A program made the position numbers and the translations under genes. The notes below the pieces were generated by a model that saw only the letters and a program-made list of their open reading frames with translations, was not told the DNA's origin and made no database searches. A DNA stretch of 64,000 bases. Source: Aplysia californica (taxonomy: Eukaryota). Below are positions 1 to 13,909 of this stretch, one piece after another. The stretch covers positions 71,749 to 135,748 of the forward strand of contig NW_004798145.1 of NCBI RefSeq assembly GCF_000002075.1. The letters run 5' to 3'. Numbering within the stretch: position 1 is the stretch's first letter; each line of letters opens with the position of its first letter.

Positions 1-22
1 AAAAGACACAACCACCACTTAC

Positions 23-326
23 CAACGACATAGAAAAATGGGAACAGCAGCAGCGACAGCGACAACAACAGCAACAACAGCAGCGGCCAAGTGGACGCCA
101 CACCGTTGGCCGTCATGACGAAATCACGTGACACAAACTGAGCAACAGTTGTTGTTGGGGTGTTGTTGACATCTCTCGATGTTTTTGAGTACTGTCGTTG
201 TAAATGTTCTCTGGCCTTTGGTGCTGCTGATTGTTCTTGAGTTATCTCCGCTGAATGTTCTTTGACTTCAGTTAATTTCACTTGAAGTGCAGGGCTGGTG
301 AAAATGTGGACAGAAACTCCGTGCAT
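23..326 (-). CDS. First coding exon of an unidentified secreted or membrane protein; gene continues beyond the left edge
   Basis: Stop-free frame from ATG 326, with a second in-frame ATG at 116, giving ...MTANGVASTWPLLLLLLLSLSLLLFPFFYVV-G. It ends at a strong phase-1 donor G|GTAAGT (22-17). The Leu-rich hydrophobic segment is typical of a signal-peptide exon. Confidence 0.6.
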
Positions 327-1326
327 CGATTTTTTGTCATTTTTTAAACACAATTTTCAAGTTCACTTTTTTGTTGTTGCAGATACTCCACCATCAAAAT
401 AAATGTTATGAAAATACTTACAACTTAAATGAATGAAAACCATTTAAAATCATGGTTCAGAAATGGCGGAACTATCTTAAGCATTCAGTTCTAACTTCCG
501 TCATGGAGGATGAGTAGGCTACAGCTCTACTTGATCATTCCATTCTACTTTCTATAGACCTACTTGCTCGTCCTGGGTTTCCACTCTCTGCTGACCCTCA
601 CACAGATTGCCGTAACGTTATGTATGAACGATGTTTTAAACTTATTTTAACACGAAAGGGGGGGGGGAGGAGATTTTGTCCCAACAGATACTCAATAGAT
701 ACTCACCTGTTACAAAACAGTCAGCTTAAACTGAACATGTGTAATCCAAAAACAGTAAACTGAAAAAAAGGAAAATAAAATAAAATTCCTGATTTTTTTT
801 CCCCTTTTATCCGAACAGCCTCTTTAAACCGAAAACCTGGCCAAAATGAAGAAAATCCGGTGGTCCTGCAGGTTTTGGTTTCCTCCGTCTCTACTGTCTA
901 TCATATTATTCCGTCTACCACCTTTGCAAATAAAGACATTTCTACCAAAAATTGTCCTGTCGAAGGAATATTTCCGATGACCTCCCCAATACTCCTTGGT
1001 GTTTGGTACTAATAATTTGCAGATTCCATTCGCGTGTCTCACCTGAAACATCAGTCAACGACGAGTCTACCTGCTGTGCAAGAACACGCAACTAAGACGA
1101 AGGTAGTGAGTTTTGATCTTCAGAATGTCCGATCAGCAGCAGACTAAAGGCAATGTTGCCGCACAATTCGAACCACCATACATGCACGAATCAGAAACAC
1201 GAATTTGTATATTTCATATTATGCATGTAATTGCCTGTCTTTTAACTTTTCAAGAAAGGAACACAGAATTAAAAATATTTTTCTTTATGAATATTTTTTT
1301 TCTAAGTCCTCCAAAACAACGCGTTA

Positions 1327-1750
1327 GGGCTCTCTTGGTCTAGAGGTAAGGTGTTCACCTCTGTTTAAATAGGTTCCCGGTTCGAACTCTGGCAGAGAAG
1401 GAAAACTTTCTTCTCTAAAGTGTTCTCCTATCCTCCTTTCCTGCCCTCTAATCATATTATGTCGTCTGCTTTCGTCTCCACTTTCTGCCCCCTCCCTCTC
1501 ATCCCTCTCCTCAGGGCTCCTGGCTCTTTCTGTAGCCTTCTGATGCTACTCCTTAGCTCATTCTTACTGCTGTCTTTCAGCAACACCCCTGATCTTAGGG
1601 TAAGTAAGATCTAACACCTAGCGGTCTCGGATAAGGGCGAAAATCCCGGAGGTCCCATGTGCAAGCTGCGCACGTTAAATCCCTTGGTCTCCAAGCTCGA
1701 AAAGAGTAGGCGTCGACCGCCACCCGGGTATCATTCAAAATTGGTCGCTT
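1327..1750 (+). mobile_element. tRNA-derived SINE with Deu/Nin-like central domain
   Basis: A-box-like TGGTCTAGAGG and B-box GGTTCGAACTC (1379-1389). Body is homologous to the reverse complement of 46070-46500. The segment ggataagggcgaaaatcccggaggtcccatgtgc...gcacgttaaatcccttgg resembles the Deu/Nin domain as I recall it. Confidence 0.7.
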
Positions 1751-2809
1751 TTAAGGTAACCGGTCATGACGAAATGACTTTGCTTATATATCTCCCAAAT
1801 TGTTATGCTAGTACAGTTTTGGAGGATCAGCCTAAAGCTTTTTTTTAAAAGTTATATAAACGTTATATAAATTATTAACGTAAATTAAGTCTTCATCTAA
1901 ACTAAACTGATCCATGGCTAAACAATAGTTTTTAAAATAAGGCAAAAACAATGAGTGGTAAAGAGTTAGTAAGGCTTTGTTTGAAAGTAAGGGTCTAGTG
2001 TCTAGCTCTTTAGCAAAATTGCATTACCGTACATTTCTATTAGCAAATTTATTTTTAACAGAACTAATATGATCTTGCCAACTACACCTTTCATCAACAA
2101 TACTTAAGAAAAAATTCGTTGATTTGACTCGATAGATTTCAATATTGTCAATAGGCCTACATATTAATGAACGGTGCAGCTGATCAGGTAGGCACGACGA
2201 CTCGCACAGCCTCCCCCCCTCCCCTCCCATCCTTCCACACACAGCCCAAACCCTCCCCCCAAAATCGTGAGCGATTGCCATGACAATGCGCGTTTGATGT
2301 TCGCAAATGTGCTACAAAATGACCGCCCCCATTCAACCTTGTGGGTTTGTGGTGTGACGAAATAACTGGTATTCGTTTTTAAGCACAAAGGAGCTTTCCC
2401 AAAAAATGCTGCTTTGAGAAAATCGAAGGTAAAGTTTTTGCCCCTTATTCAATTTTATTTAAAAGACTAGGAGTGTGTTTTCTACAACAAGACAAATCTA
2501 TACACCAATGAAACCAAACTTCTCCTAAAGGTAGGGCAGTGCCCACTTTTGGTGTGAGTCAAGATTTCTAGAAACCTCCGAAATCTGGGTTAGCCCGATT
2601 GTCCTTAAAAACGATCAATTAATTCTTACCAAACTAAAGATTTTTTTAAATGTGTCATCGTGCTCAAATTATTATGAGCCGACAGAGTTGCGAGCGCCGC
2701 AAAACACTTACCAACACAACAATTTTAACTTAATTAAATCTGTATGAACATTTTTTTTTCTCTTACTCAGTGCTCTAAGACAGCGAGTATTTATGCCATG
2801 CCAAAATAA

Positions 2810-2910
2810 TACCTCAGAATTACAGAGTTCTATCTGGCATTTTTGGCCGTTCTGAGTCACTACGACCATGAGGTCAGAAACCAAATGCTCTATCTGCTCT
2901 ATCAAAATCG
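2810..2910. mobile_element. Fragment of the TIR DNA element family also found at 31283-32185
   Basis: acctcagaattacagagttctatctggcatttttggcc...accatgaggtcagaaaccaaat matches the reverse complement of 32095-32182. Confidence 0.55.
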
Positions 2911-3502
2911 TAAAGTTATTCTGCGTCGTTACCAAAATATTCAAAGAACTGCATATGAAAAAGCTTGAAACGTTGAGAAACTCAAACATTTTAAAGTCAA
3001 ATTTCTGAAAACTAAGGACGGAGGAGATGGAAATGTGTAATTCTGAGATGGCGAAATGACCAGAATGTACGTCCGCAGTGAGCTAATAATGTTCTCAAGT
3101 GTTCATTGGTTGGGGGTAACCTGCAGAGACTGTACTGTACTCGTCCTGTCATCACTGTGTGCACATTTTTGTCATCACCTAAAGCTGTGTAAGCAAGCAA
3201 GTCCCTGAACTTTGTTTTTACAGAAGGGAACAGAACTTAATTATTTGTACAGTCGACACACCTACTCTTTTTGCTTTTCAAAATAGAGAAACAGCAACAG
3301 CAAAACGACGACGACAATGACAACATGAAAAACGAGACCAGCCTAGCAAGTGCTATTTATTTACCTCATAGTTACATGGCGTGTATGGTGAACGCAGTCT
3401 ACTCCCTTCAGTCTGTTAAAATTAAACTCCCCATTCAATTCTCTCTCTCTCTCTCTCTCCTTCTCCCTTTCACCCTCTCCTTCTCACCCTCCCGCTCTAC
3501 AG

Positions 3503-3705
3503 GTGGTGGTGCAGTGGTTAAGCCCTTCGCCATAGTACACAGGAGACCAGAACTCCATTTCGGGAAATCAGAGAATTTTTACCAAGTTATCCCGTTCTCT
3601 CTTTTAGGATGTTGTGTCCATTTCTGCCCAGGTTGGCCTTGACAGGCAGGGTCGAAGCCCGCCTCCTAAATTATCTAAATTGTGTCGATGATGGTGTAAA
3701 ACAAT
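3503..3705 (+). mobile_element. Degenerate tRNA-derived SINE; related decayed copies at ~6560-6790(-), ~11390-11565(-), ~12520-12700(-)
   Basis: A-box TGGTGCAGTGG, decayed B-box, and shared downstream motifs (gacaggcagggt...atctaa) among copies. Confidence 0.45.
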
Positions 3706-4760
3706 TAATTGCATTCTCGCTCTCTCTCTCACGCCCACATACATAAAACAAAACTCAAAGAACATAACAGAATCCATCAGGTTAGAACAGAATGCTTTTA
3801 ATTGATATTTACAAAGGAACTGGTCTCAAAACATTAGCTCTCAGACTCGCAGGACTGTTCAAAGCAAATATCACATTACGTTCATTTACATCATATTGTA
3901 TATACCATCGTACACTTGGACAGTACATTCTCTGTACACTCTAATAGAAAAACAAATACACTAAGCAAAACAGTCCTTGAAAATGTAGAATAAAATCGTA
4001 TTCTGGTAAATTACGAAATACATGGAAAAGTAAACAGCTGCAACGCTCATGATTGAGGACAAAGAACAAAGTACACCATCAACATCCTTCCCCCCCCCTC
4101 TCTTGAAATAAAGAACCGCTCCCCCCCATTATAACCTAATATAAACCACCCCTCCCCAAAAAAAAAAGAAAAAGAAAAAAAAGGGACTACATTCCCCATC
4201 CCCTCTCAAGCACAAACACATACATAAATAACAAGGTAACATACATTTACACAAAGGGGGAAACAAATAACAAGCAAACCTTATCACAAAACATGGCACA
4301 GAGTTCTGGTTAAATATGCAACTTTCATCAATGACATTTACTCCAGATTTGCTTTCTGCTCAAACAAAGCGCGACGTAAGCAAAAAAAACCATACCAAGT
4401 ACAAGAATACACCTTAAAACTATTCCACCCCCCCCAACACAAAAAAAAAACCCCTCCAAAAAACTAAAAGGAGAAAACTTTTGTTCAAACTTATCTTTTA
4501 AATGTGGACCCTTCGTACATTTCTACGAGGAATTCAAAGCCAAATAACGCCTGCTTCTAAGTATCTAGGCAACAGAAACCACTGGGACTGCAATAGAGGT
4601 AAATAGCTTTCACAGCATTTACACCACATGCACTAAAATAACGCATAACTGTATCTCATAAAAATATTCCAAAATTAGCCATTTTCGAGGAACAGTATAA
4701 AGTATAGGGAAGCCGTCGGGAAGACATGTGGTTCAAAAGACAAAAAAAAAAAGACACCCC

Positions 4761-4860
4761 NNNNNNNNNNNNNNNNNNNNNNNNNNNNNNNNNNNNNNNN
4801 NNNNNNNNNNNNNNNNNNNNNNNNNNNNNNNNNNNNNNNNNNNNNNNNNNNNNNNNNNNN
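4761..4860. other. Assembly gap (100 N)
   Basis: N run. Confidence 0.95.
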
Positions 4861-5699
4861 CCCAACAGCAAATCTATCTCAATTCATAAATTGGTGGTGC
4901 TTAATAAAATGATGAGGAGCCATTTTTTGTGTCTTGTCATTGGGAAAGAATGGACAGGCAACGCAAGAGCGTAATTAACAAAGCATAAATGAGAGCAGCA
5001 TAACTAGCATTAGAGTACATGAACTTAACAATAATATAAGTAGGGTTCAATGGGAAAACCGCATATGTCACACTTCGAAAAAGTTGAGAAATTGTAGATC
5101 AACGGTGGCAAACTTCTAGTTAATCATTGCTGTTAAGTAATTACCTGTTAAAACCTGTTGCATATTCATTTATTATTTGTTCTTTTGCCCTGAAACATTC
5201 CACCATAATAAATTTAGTTTATTTTAAATTCTTTGAAAAGTGGGTACCGGTACTCAACAATTATCTTGACCAAATAACGACATATCCAGCACTTCCATTG
5301 AGCACTTCAAATATTTACTTCAAAGCATAAGTTGTCACTCATGGCAATAAAAGCATGTCTTGAAAATTCTTGTAAAATTATAAGATCAAATTGGGTAAAA
5401 AAAAGTAAGATGACCTCACATAGAAAAAGCAGAACCTGAAACGCAAGTTAGGAAAAAAAAAAGAAGAAAATAGCAAAGTCTGTGGAACTCCAGAAATATT
5501 AATTGGAAAAAAAAATCCCTCAACATCATGGACTTTCAAACTGAAGCAACACATTTTCTACAACACTTCTATACTGATGCACTGCACAGTCTAGTAGACC
5601 TCTTTTAGCTTTAGTAAGAATTTAACTACACTTGCAACATAAATAGGTTACATAAGTGCTGGAGATTAGAGGTGTTACTAGTACAAGGGAGTAACATAC

Positions 5700-6135
5700 G
5701 AAGAAGGTTGCATATAATGGCCAGTTCATTGACAGTTTTGAAGTCAAAACTGGTGTGAGACAGGGGTGTTTGCAATCACAAGTGTCTTGGAAAGTTACCA
5801 CGGAACAGATGGACAGGCAGGGTCATCAGTGAGGAAGTGTAAAGGAGAAGAAGACAGGGCCCAGTTGGAGATATTATGGGAAGATGGTGGTGACGACAGA
5901 TTGGACATACTCTCAGGAAGCCAGGCAGCTGCAAAATAAAGAATGTGTTAGAATGGAATCCGAAGGGTAAGAGATGAAGGGGAACGACATGTGGAGCAGA
6001 AGATTCACAGAGAATGACGTACAGAAAAGTGGGAAGACATGAAATAACAACAAGAGGGAAATGTAGAAAGTGTTTGTTCGTGACCTATACCCTAATCCAG
6101 GGTGAAAAACAAAGCACTGATGATGATGGTGATGA
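5700..6135 (+). mobile_element. Degenerate, internally deleted RTE-clade LINE fragment
   Basis: gaagtcaaaactggtgtgagacaggggtgt encodes EVKTGVRQGC (RT motif), followed by an IGHTLR-like segment. The 3' end (ccctaatccagggtgaaaaa...gatgatgat) is shared with the copy at 36745. Confidence 0.7.
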
Positions 6136-6180
6136 AAATACGAAGAAGAGAAGGAGAAAGAGACAAGGACAACAACCACC

Positions 6181-6312
6181 CACTGCTGAACCTCCAGAAA
6201 CAAAAAGTTCACATTGCCATCCCACACTGCTGAACCTCCAGAAACAAAAAGTTCACATTGCCATCACACTGCTGAACCTCCAGAAACAAAAAGTTCACAT
6301 TGCCATCACACT
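6181..6312. repeat. Tandem repeat, ~42-44 bp unit x3
   Basis: cactgctgaacctccagaaacaaaaagttcacattgccatc repeated three times. Confidence 0.9.
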
Positions 6313-7212
6313 GTCTCACAAAATGCAGGACTGTCCTTCCAAAATAATAGCAAAATATACATTGCATGAAGCAAACACACTGCCCTCAAACCACATTAGA
6401 TTTTCCCTCTGACTTTGACCCGCCCCCCCCCCCTTTTTTTTTCAGCTTCCCTTTTTTCATAAATGCATTTTGATTTTTAATTTGTCACTCTGTAAACCCT
6501 TCTCCCCCCCAAACAATAACTATGCAATAACTATTTTTCATAAATGATGAATCAGCCTTCGCCTTAAGATTGTAAAGATTGTAGATGTTTCACGCTCTCA
6601 TTCACCCAATTAGATCATTTCTTCAGGGACAGGCAACTTTGAACGTGCCCATCTAGGCCAAAAAGGGCTGAGAGGGGAACATCATTCCATCATACAAGCT
6701 AATACACTCAATAAAATAACTTCCCCACTCGGGAATTGAACTAATATCTTCTGAGTGAAAACAGCAAAGAACCTATCCATTACAGCATAGACTTCAACTT
6801 ACAAAACAAATGCAGTTCAAATATTAGGGAAAGAAACTCGTCCCGTACACACAAAATTTACATTGTCTGTACAAGTCACAAAAAATCCTGAGGGTGTGTA
6901 CATTTTATCATTACTGGATACATAGACACTGTTTGACTCATAAATTAGACACACCTGCATAATTTCATGACAATAGCACCATCGGGTATGTCTGTATCAG
7001 TGTGTGTGTGTGGTTGGACTTGTGTCTTATATACGTACATATTGCATTTTGCACACTTCTCCAATATCAAATGAACATCATGAATGTCAACAGCAACTAC
7101 AACAACATCTGCGATAACAAGGATCTCCACTCTGCCATCTACAACTACGGGGGGTTTTTTTTAAGGTCAAAAGAGAATTCCTTCATTGTTCATTACAGTT
7201 ACACATAATATA

Positions 7213-7388
7213 TAGTCGAACCTGCTCTAATGACGTGTCCAAGCCAGTTATTAGTACAAACAACTATTTCTCACTTCCCCCCTTGCATTCTATCTGTATT
7301 CCACTCTTAACTGTCCAAGAGGACCACATGTCTACAACAACCACTTTTCTCCTCGACAACGGGTGGCCATCTTAGACAGGTTCGATTG
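7213..7388. mobile_element. Tc1/mariner(pogo)-type MITE
   Basis: Imperfect TIR tagtcgaacctg...caggttcgattg flanked by TA. Related partial copies at ~28016-28080 and ~50330-50482. Confidence 0.6.
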
Positions 7389-10385
7389 TACTCACACACA
7401 TAATATTATGCTGCTTCCTGGAATTCTGGGACCCCAAATATAAATGTATAATCACATACTGTTTCAAAAGGAGAAACACAGTCACTAAACGAATCTGCTG
7501 CATCTTCACACAAACTTTAGTCATGTTCCAAAGTTTGATTCTGTGAAGTGTGATTTCAACTACATAAGTCACTTTGTCATTCAGGAAACTTTGTTCGAGA
7601 TATTCACATCTCCTGCAAATTGAGCCCACACCGCTCAAAACAAACTTTTTCTCAACTCATCACTTGGGAGACTTTAAAAATGAGAAAGCCTTTGCGCGAG
7701 TCCTTGACTCTATTGACACAAAATAAGACATTGATGGAAATCAGTCTTTGTAGGGTAGAATAGCAACTATCAGTCTGGCAATTTTCTAACTTTTATAAGA
7801 CATTTCCTTACTCGTTTTTCTCATGAGTTCTGGACATTTTCAGGACAGAATCTTTGTAAATGTTTAAGATCTATATGACAACAGAACTGTTTCAAAGGGT
7901 GTGACTTTAAATTCCAATAAACAAACTGAAAAATCAAGTGCTTTCCATCAGGTATAAAAGCAAAAGGCTTAATTCTAACAATAATTACTTGGAGTCTATT
8001 TTACAATAGAGTCAATAAATATTCATCACTCTACTTCAAGTCAACTTCCATGAGACTTTTCACATTTCATAACATTTGGGTTGTCATGTTGAGACGACGG
8101 GTCACACATGATAAATCTAACAGGCAACAAAAAAATTAATAAAACATTTTTTTTTTTAAACATAGTGAAACAGTGCAAAGTAATATTTCAGAAATCAGTA
8201 ACAAAAACTGATCCTCTTTTCAGCAATGAACAAGTATCACATTCAGATGACTTCTATGTGGTTTTAATGAGTTAGTCGAGCTCTGGTTCTTATAAGACTA
8301 TTAACATCACTGCATTTGAGTAAACAGAACAATACGGATATGATAATGGTCATACAGTGCAGGAAAAAAAAAAGTAAAACAAACAGAAACAAGAGAGGGA
8401 AAGAAAAAAGTAGGAAATACTTGTGGCCCATCTAAATGATAATGGTCATTTACAGCAGGGGAAAAAAAGTAAGACATATAAGAGGGAAAGTAAGGAAATA
8501 GGATCTACAAGTAGTGTGTCCTCCAACCACCCGCTAGATATCTCTGAGTTTCTAAACTGACAGACTCAGTTATCCACAAATAAAGGATTTTTTTGAACGG
8601 GGCCTGGGTTTGAAAAGGGATTTTTTTTCATTCACTTAATTTTGCTGATTTCCCCGGCCTACCGCCCCAGTATACGTAAATATATAAATGACAGATATGA
8701 AGATTGTGTAGCACACCAAATAAATTAAATAACGAAATAACAAAGTAAATATCAAATCAAGCCTTGGGACAAACAATAATTCTCTATTTATACTAAATTA
8801 AATTAAATAATACTGGAAATATAAACAATGACAGTGATAGTCAATACATACAGGTTTCAACACGCATGCCACACACATACACACAGTGTCTCCATACACA
8901 TTAGCCATTCTCAAAAGCATAGCATAAAAAGTGTTGAAAGAGCCAAGGTTTTGGAACCATTTATTTCTCCTGTTTTCTCCCTTTAAAACAGTCAAACCAT
9001 ACTGAGGTTTTTTAACACAGAAAGTTGATATATCTATTTATAGACTCTATTGCAGAGAGGGGCCTGTTTGCGTTTTCTTGAAATGCGGCCTAAATGAGCT
9101 TGAAGTATGCTTGTACATAGCTCCATTAAAACAAAGTACGTGTACAGGTTTTTATGCTTGTAATCAACACAAGGATCTTCTACATGACACATTGCAAAAG
9201 TGTCACATGATGGCATGAGGGCAAACAAATTAATGTGTGCATGTCTATCAAGTTTGATCAACTCGATTCAATAGAAGCATTGTTGTTACTATCATTACAG
9301 CAATGACAAATTTTACTATTTCGAAAGAAAAATTTTATCCTCAGCGATGTATTGGTCATTGTCAGACACTGACGGACAAGCTATTATTATTACTATTTAC
9401 AACTAGAATGCTTTTCAGTATGTACTTGTACATTCCTGCATAAACCTTACAGATCCGAGGACAAAGGGTGGTGTAAATCTAGCAGTTAGACCTAAGGTAG
9501 CTCAGTCCGATGGATAATTTAGGTTGATGGGACAAGGCCTCAATGCAAGATCTGAGTATCCTTTGAGTGTCTATTTGGTTTGGTATTCTTGAACGATCCT
9601 TGTTAAAGACATTTACTTTACAGAGAAGCAAAAATCGCCTCAATGGACACAGCATTTTCCACAATCATTGCCATTTAAGTCGAGGACTTTGATTAATTTC
9701 CTTCTTAAAAACATTTACAGTCAATTTACAGTCTAGCATGCATAGCGAAATCCACGGGATAAGGTAATCTTTTCATTATGGACGAATTTCGCTATGTCTG
9801 TATATGTTTTAAATACAAAGAATATACATCATGTATGAAAAAAAAAATTTGGGACCTGAAAATCTGATCACTATGACAATGGTTGTTTTCACTGGGTGTG
9901 TGCTAGACTGCTTCATTTCATAATTACAAAATAAACCTGATTTTACACATATTCTTCAGTAGTATTGTTCGTCTAGTTTAGCAATACAAACAAAATGTAG
10001 TAAGAGTTTGATTTACTTTACTAGAGCAAATAAATATAAAAAATTGAACTTTGACATGTTCATTCCATATCTTAGGAACCAGGCATTTTTTTACAAATAT
10101 CTTGTCTTATATTTTAACTACAGTTAGGCATGGATTACTTAAACACGTTGGGGATTGCAAAATGTGTTTGACATTTCCATAATTTGGGTTAACTGATAAC
10201 GAAAAATGAAAGAGATATCAGTCAGGGAATGGCAAATTGTACGAGCTATCCATGATTTCGAATTTTCTGTGTTCGTGTTATCTGTGCCGACCAACAATAC
10301 TCAAACATAACAGTTTATCACTCAGAGATCAAATAAATGACATCAAAAAGGCTGCAAGGACTCTCATCTTTCTTGTTTGTGTGAG

Positions 10386-10587
10386 NNNNNNNNNNNNNNN
10401 NNNNNNNNNNNNNNNNNNNNNNNNNNNNNNNNNNNNNNNNNNNNNNNNNNNNNNNNNNNNNNNNNNNNNNNNNNNNNNNNNNNNNNNNNNNNNNNNNNNN
10501 NNNNNNNNNNNNNNNNNNNNNNNNNNNNNNNNNNNNNNNNNNNNNNNNNNNNNNNNNNNNNNNNNNNNNNNNNNNNNNNNNNNNNNN
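10386..10587. other. Assembly gap adjacent to CAGA/GA simple repeat
   Basis: N run. Confidence 0.95.
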
Positions 10588-13500
10588 CAGGCAGGCAGAC
10601 AGATAGACAGACATTCTGACAGCTGACAGATCCTGTATATTTTTTTGTTTGTTTACTACTTTTCTAAGATTAGAGAACCAAGCCCAAGAAAAGATCTATT
10701 TCAATTCAGTCATTAGAATAAATTAAACAATGACGAAAACAAATAAAAAATAACCTCATCATATTTACATACGATTAATCTTCAAACTATCCTCCTCTCA
10801 AAGTCAATTATACAAAAAGCTCCTTTAACGTTAATATTCAGTAGGAATGCACGAAAACAATAGTCGGGGAACTTGCAACTAATTTACAAAGTACGTTCAT
10901 CAACAACCCCCTCCCCCCCATAACCAAAAAAACCCCAACAAAAAACAAATAACAAAACAAAAACCAAAATTAATCACACATGAAATAAAACAAAATGATG
11001 ATGAAATAAAAATTACACTCTGCTTCAATACATTCTCCATATGTCAGATAAGAAAAGAAATGTAGGCTATCTCATCTATTTTTTAACTTTTCAGACGACT
11101 GGCATAGAACAGACACATAAGACCAAATACAACGTAACTTTAACTACAGCTGCATTTTTTTAAAAAAAGTATGGAAAGGTGGATTAAAGTGAGGGTGGCA
11201 AAAAATTTTCAATTAGTTTGATATTTTGCTCATCTATTAAAACTCCTGTTTAGATTCACTACAGGTGTGCTATTCGACACAGCACTGGTCTTTTATAGAG
11301 AGGGGAAAAAAAACAACAAGACGGGCATTCTGAAAGAGCAGAAGGAGAGTTTCTATTTGTAAATGCTTTACACCCTTCCTATCAACACAATTTAACTTAT
11401 TTAGAAGGTGAGCCACTTCCACCTCGCCTGTCGCGGCCAAACTGGGCGGAAAGGGAAGCAGTGTGGCAGCAAGTAGAAGGAGATACTTGATAAAATCTCT
11501 CATCATCTGGGAATCAAACTCTTGTCTTCCGCGTGTGACAGAAAAGTGCGTAGCCACTACACCACAGATTCTAGCACTGAGGGAGTGAACAAGTGTAGGA
11601 CCTACCAGTAAGTGAGAAACAAATTAGAATAATAATGCAGATAATTCAGGGCTGTAGCTGCTTCAATTCTGCCTGTCGTGGCCAACCAGGGCTGAGTGAG
11701 ACACAGTATATCAGTAGATAAGACAAAGATACCAGATAAAACCAATTCCACTTATGAGAATAGGACTCACATCTCCTGTGAGCCATGAACAAAATCCTTT
11801 GTTACCCAGCTGTGATGTTAAATAGTTTGATATATTTGTGCACAATTTAACTAAAAAAAAAAGATTAGTACAGTTCCTCAATTGCTATAATAACTGTAAC
11901 AACAAAAACAAATTATCATAACTATAACTTACAGTTCTGAGAACTCTTTTCTCAAATGCCACTCACTCGACTCCCCCATTTCACAATCTTCACCATCACT
12001 CCCATCCTCACTGACACTGCATGGAAAAAGCCCATCAACCAGAGACATTTTTCCAGAGGCCCAGAGATCAGTTCAGGAATATTATGACTCAAAGAAGTGT
12101 GTGCGTCGGCGTTGCAATTTAGTATGGCTTTGCTATAATTTGACGGCCACAAATAACAGAAAAAAATATCATATGCTCCACTGATACAATTTAGATTATT
12201 AAAGAAAAGATGTGGGGTTTTTAACCTGCCTCAAAGGGCCTACACAAGAGTCTTGCAGAAAGAGCAAATTGCTCAATAAAATATATTTTCCCAAGAAGCA
12301 AATCAAACTCACACTTTTAACATGTTGTGGCAAAGGACCTAACCGCTATACCGCAAACGCTCATAGAATCACAAAATCCTTGCTGAACCCTAACTCTTCT
12401 TGTGATATGCTCTATCAGCATGTGACAAAGTCACATGACATGAGAAAAGGCAGTGATATGTCAGTGCATGGCACACAGAGTTAAGAACTATCAAAACACA
12501 GCACTCCATGCAAGATAAGACCAATTTAGATCATGTAACGAGTGGGCTTCCACCCTGCACGTCAGGACCAACACGGGCTGAAAGGGTTACTAAGTCCCAG
12601 CAGAAAGACCGAGACACTTAATGAAAATTTTCCCCATTCAGAAATCCAACTTCGGTCTCCTGCATGCCACGGAAAAGCACCTAATTACTGCACGAGATGC
12701 TAGTGGACCAAGTATACCTGAGATAGAGTAACTGAAAACACAGGAATGGAACACAAGAGAAAAAAAAGTAATGTTAGATCATTCAAGATGAACATCCTGG
12801 TCTCACACTGAGCAAAAGAAAAAGGATTAAAAGACCTTAACTGTCTCTTTGTTAGAGAAAAGAGAAGAAAATCAACACAAACACTGCCATTTAGTAAATA
12901 TGGAAAAGGCAACACAGCCTGACAAAAATAAAAAGGGGAAAGAAAAGAAGCATGACCTACCACTGGTGCTCTTCAACCATCTGCTTGAACATTATACATT
13001 TCAGCAAAATGCTGGGAGCAAAAGACACACAGTCAAGCCGGTAAAGGGGAAAACAAGGATGTAAATATACAATCAGAGAGCAAATAAAATCATTCAAATT
13101 CAGTGCCAGCTATGGGAAATTTTTCCATAACATTAAGTATCTATCCATCTACTTTCATTCCCGCAGACACTTGAAAAATGTCCCATGGCTTCCAATGTGG
13201 ACTTATTCAACGTATAACCCTTATCATTATAGATGTAAGTGCCCACAAACCATTAGTCTCTATGTAATTAGTTAGCAATAGGCAGAGTTTTGAGGTGTCT
13301 GTCTGGACACTCTATTTGTGCCATTGTCCTGTCACCGGCAAAGACTCCCACTCTCCAAACATTTCCAGAAAAAGAGAAAATTGTTTTATTTTCAACATAG
13401 TCGCATAACACTTTCATTGCAACCAAAAAAAACCAAACTTTTTTCAATCAATTGCTCGAAAGAAAAAAAAAAATAGTTAAAAAATGTTCAAATAAAACAA

Positions 13501-13909
13501 AAAAAAGCTCACCAAACATTTTTTTCCAATGTTTAACATCCCTCTCAATGACAAAACCCTTTGTTCCCAAAATACCCAGAGCCAAATACAATCAAAATTT
13601 CTATTAACGATACATGATGGGACTAATTCTGAATGATCACTTGTGTCCAAAGGGGGTGGGGAGAGAACGAAAAGCAAGATTGGGTGATAGATAGGGAAAG
13701 TCTTCTAAATCTATAAAATAAATAAGTCTAAGGGGCAAAAACACTGTACAAAATATAATAACTATAGGGAAACAATTGTGACTTTAACTTGCTACCCTTA
13801 GACCCAATATGTCTTCTGGCTTGGGGATGTTATGGAATGAGACAAAGACAGTCATGGTCTAAATGAAGGTAAGCTGTGTAGGATGCCTACCCTTCATAAT
13901 GGCCTGGCA

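Noticed and set aside
6181-6312. Regularly spaced repeats (also 29863-30070 and 63506-63822) as possible CRISPR arrays
   Set aside because: Units are directly adjacent with no unique spacers; ordinary minisatellites in a eukaryotic genome.
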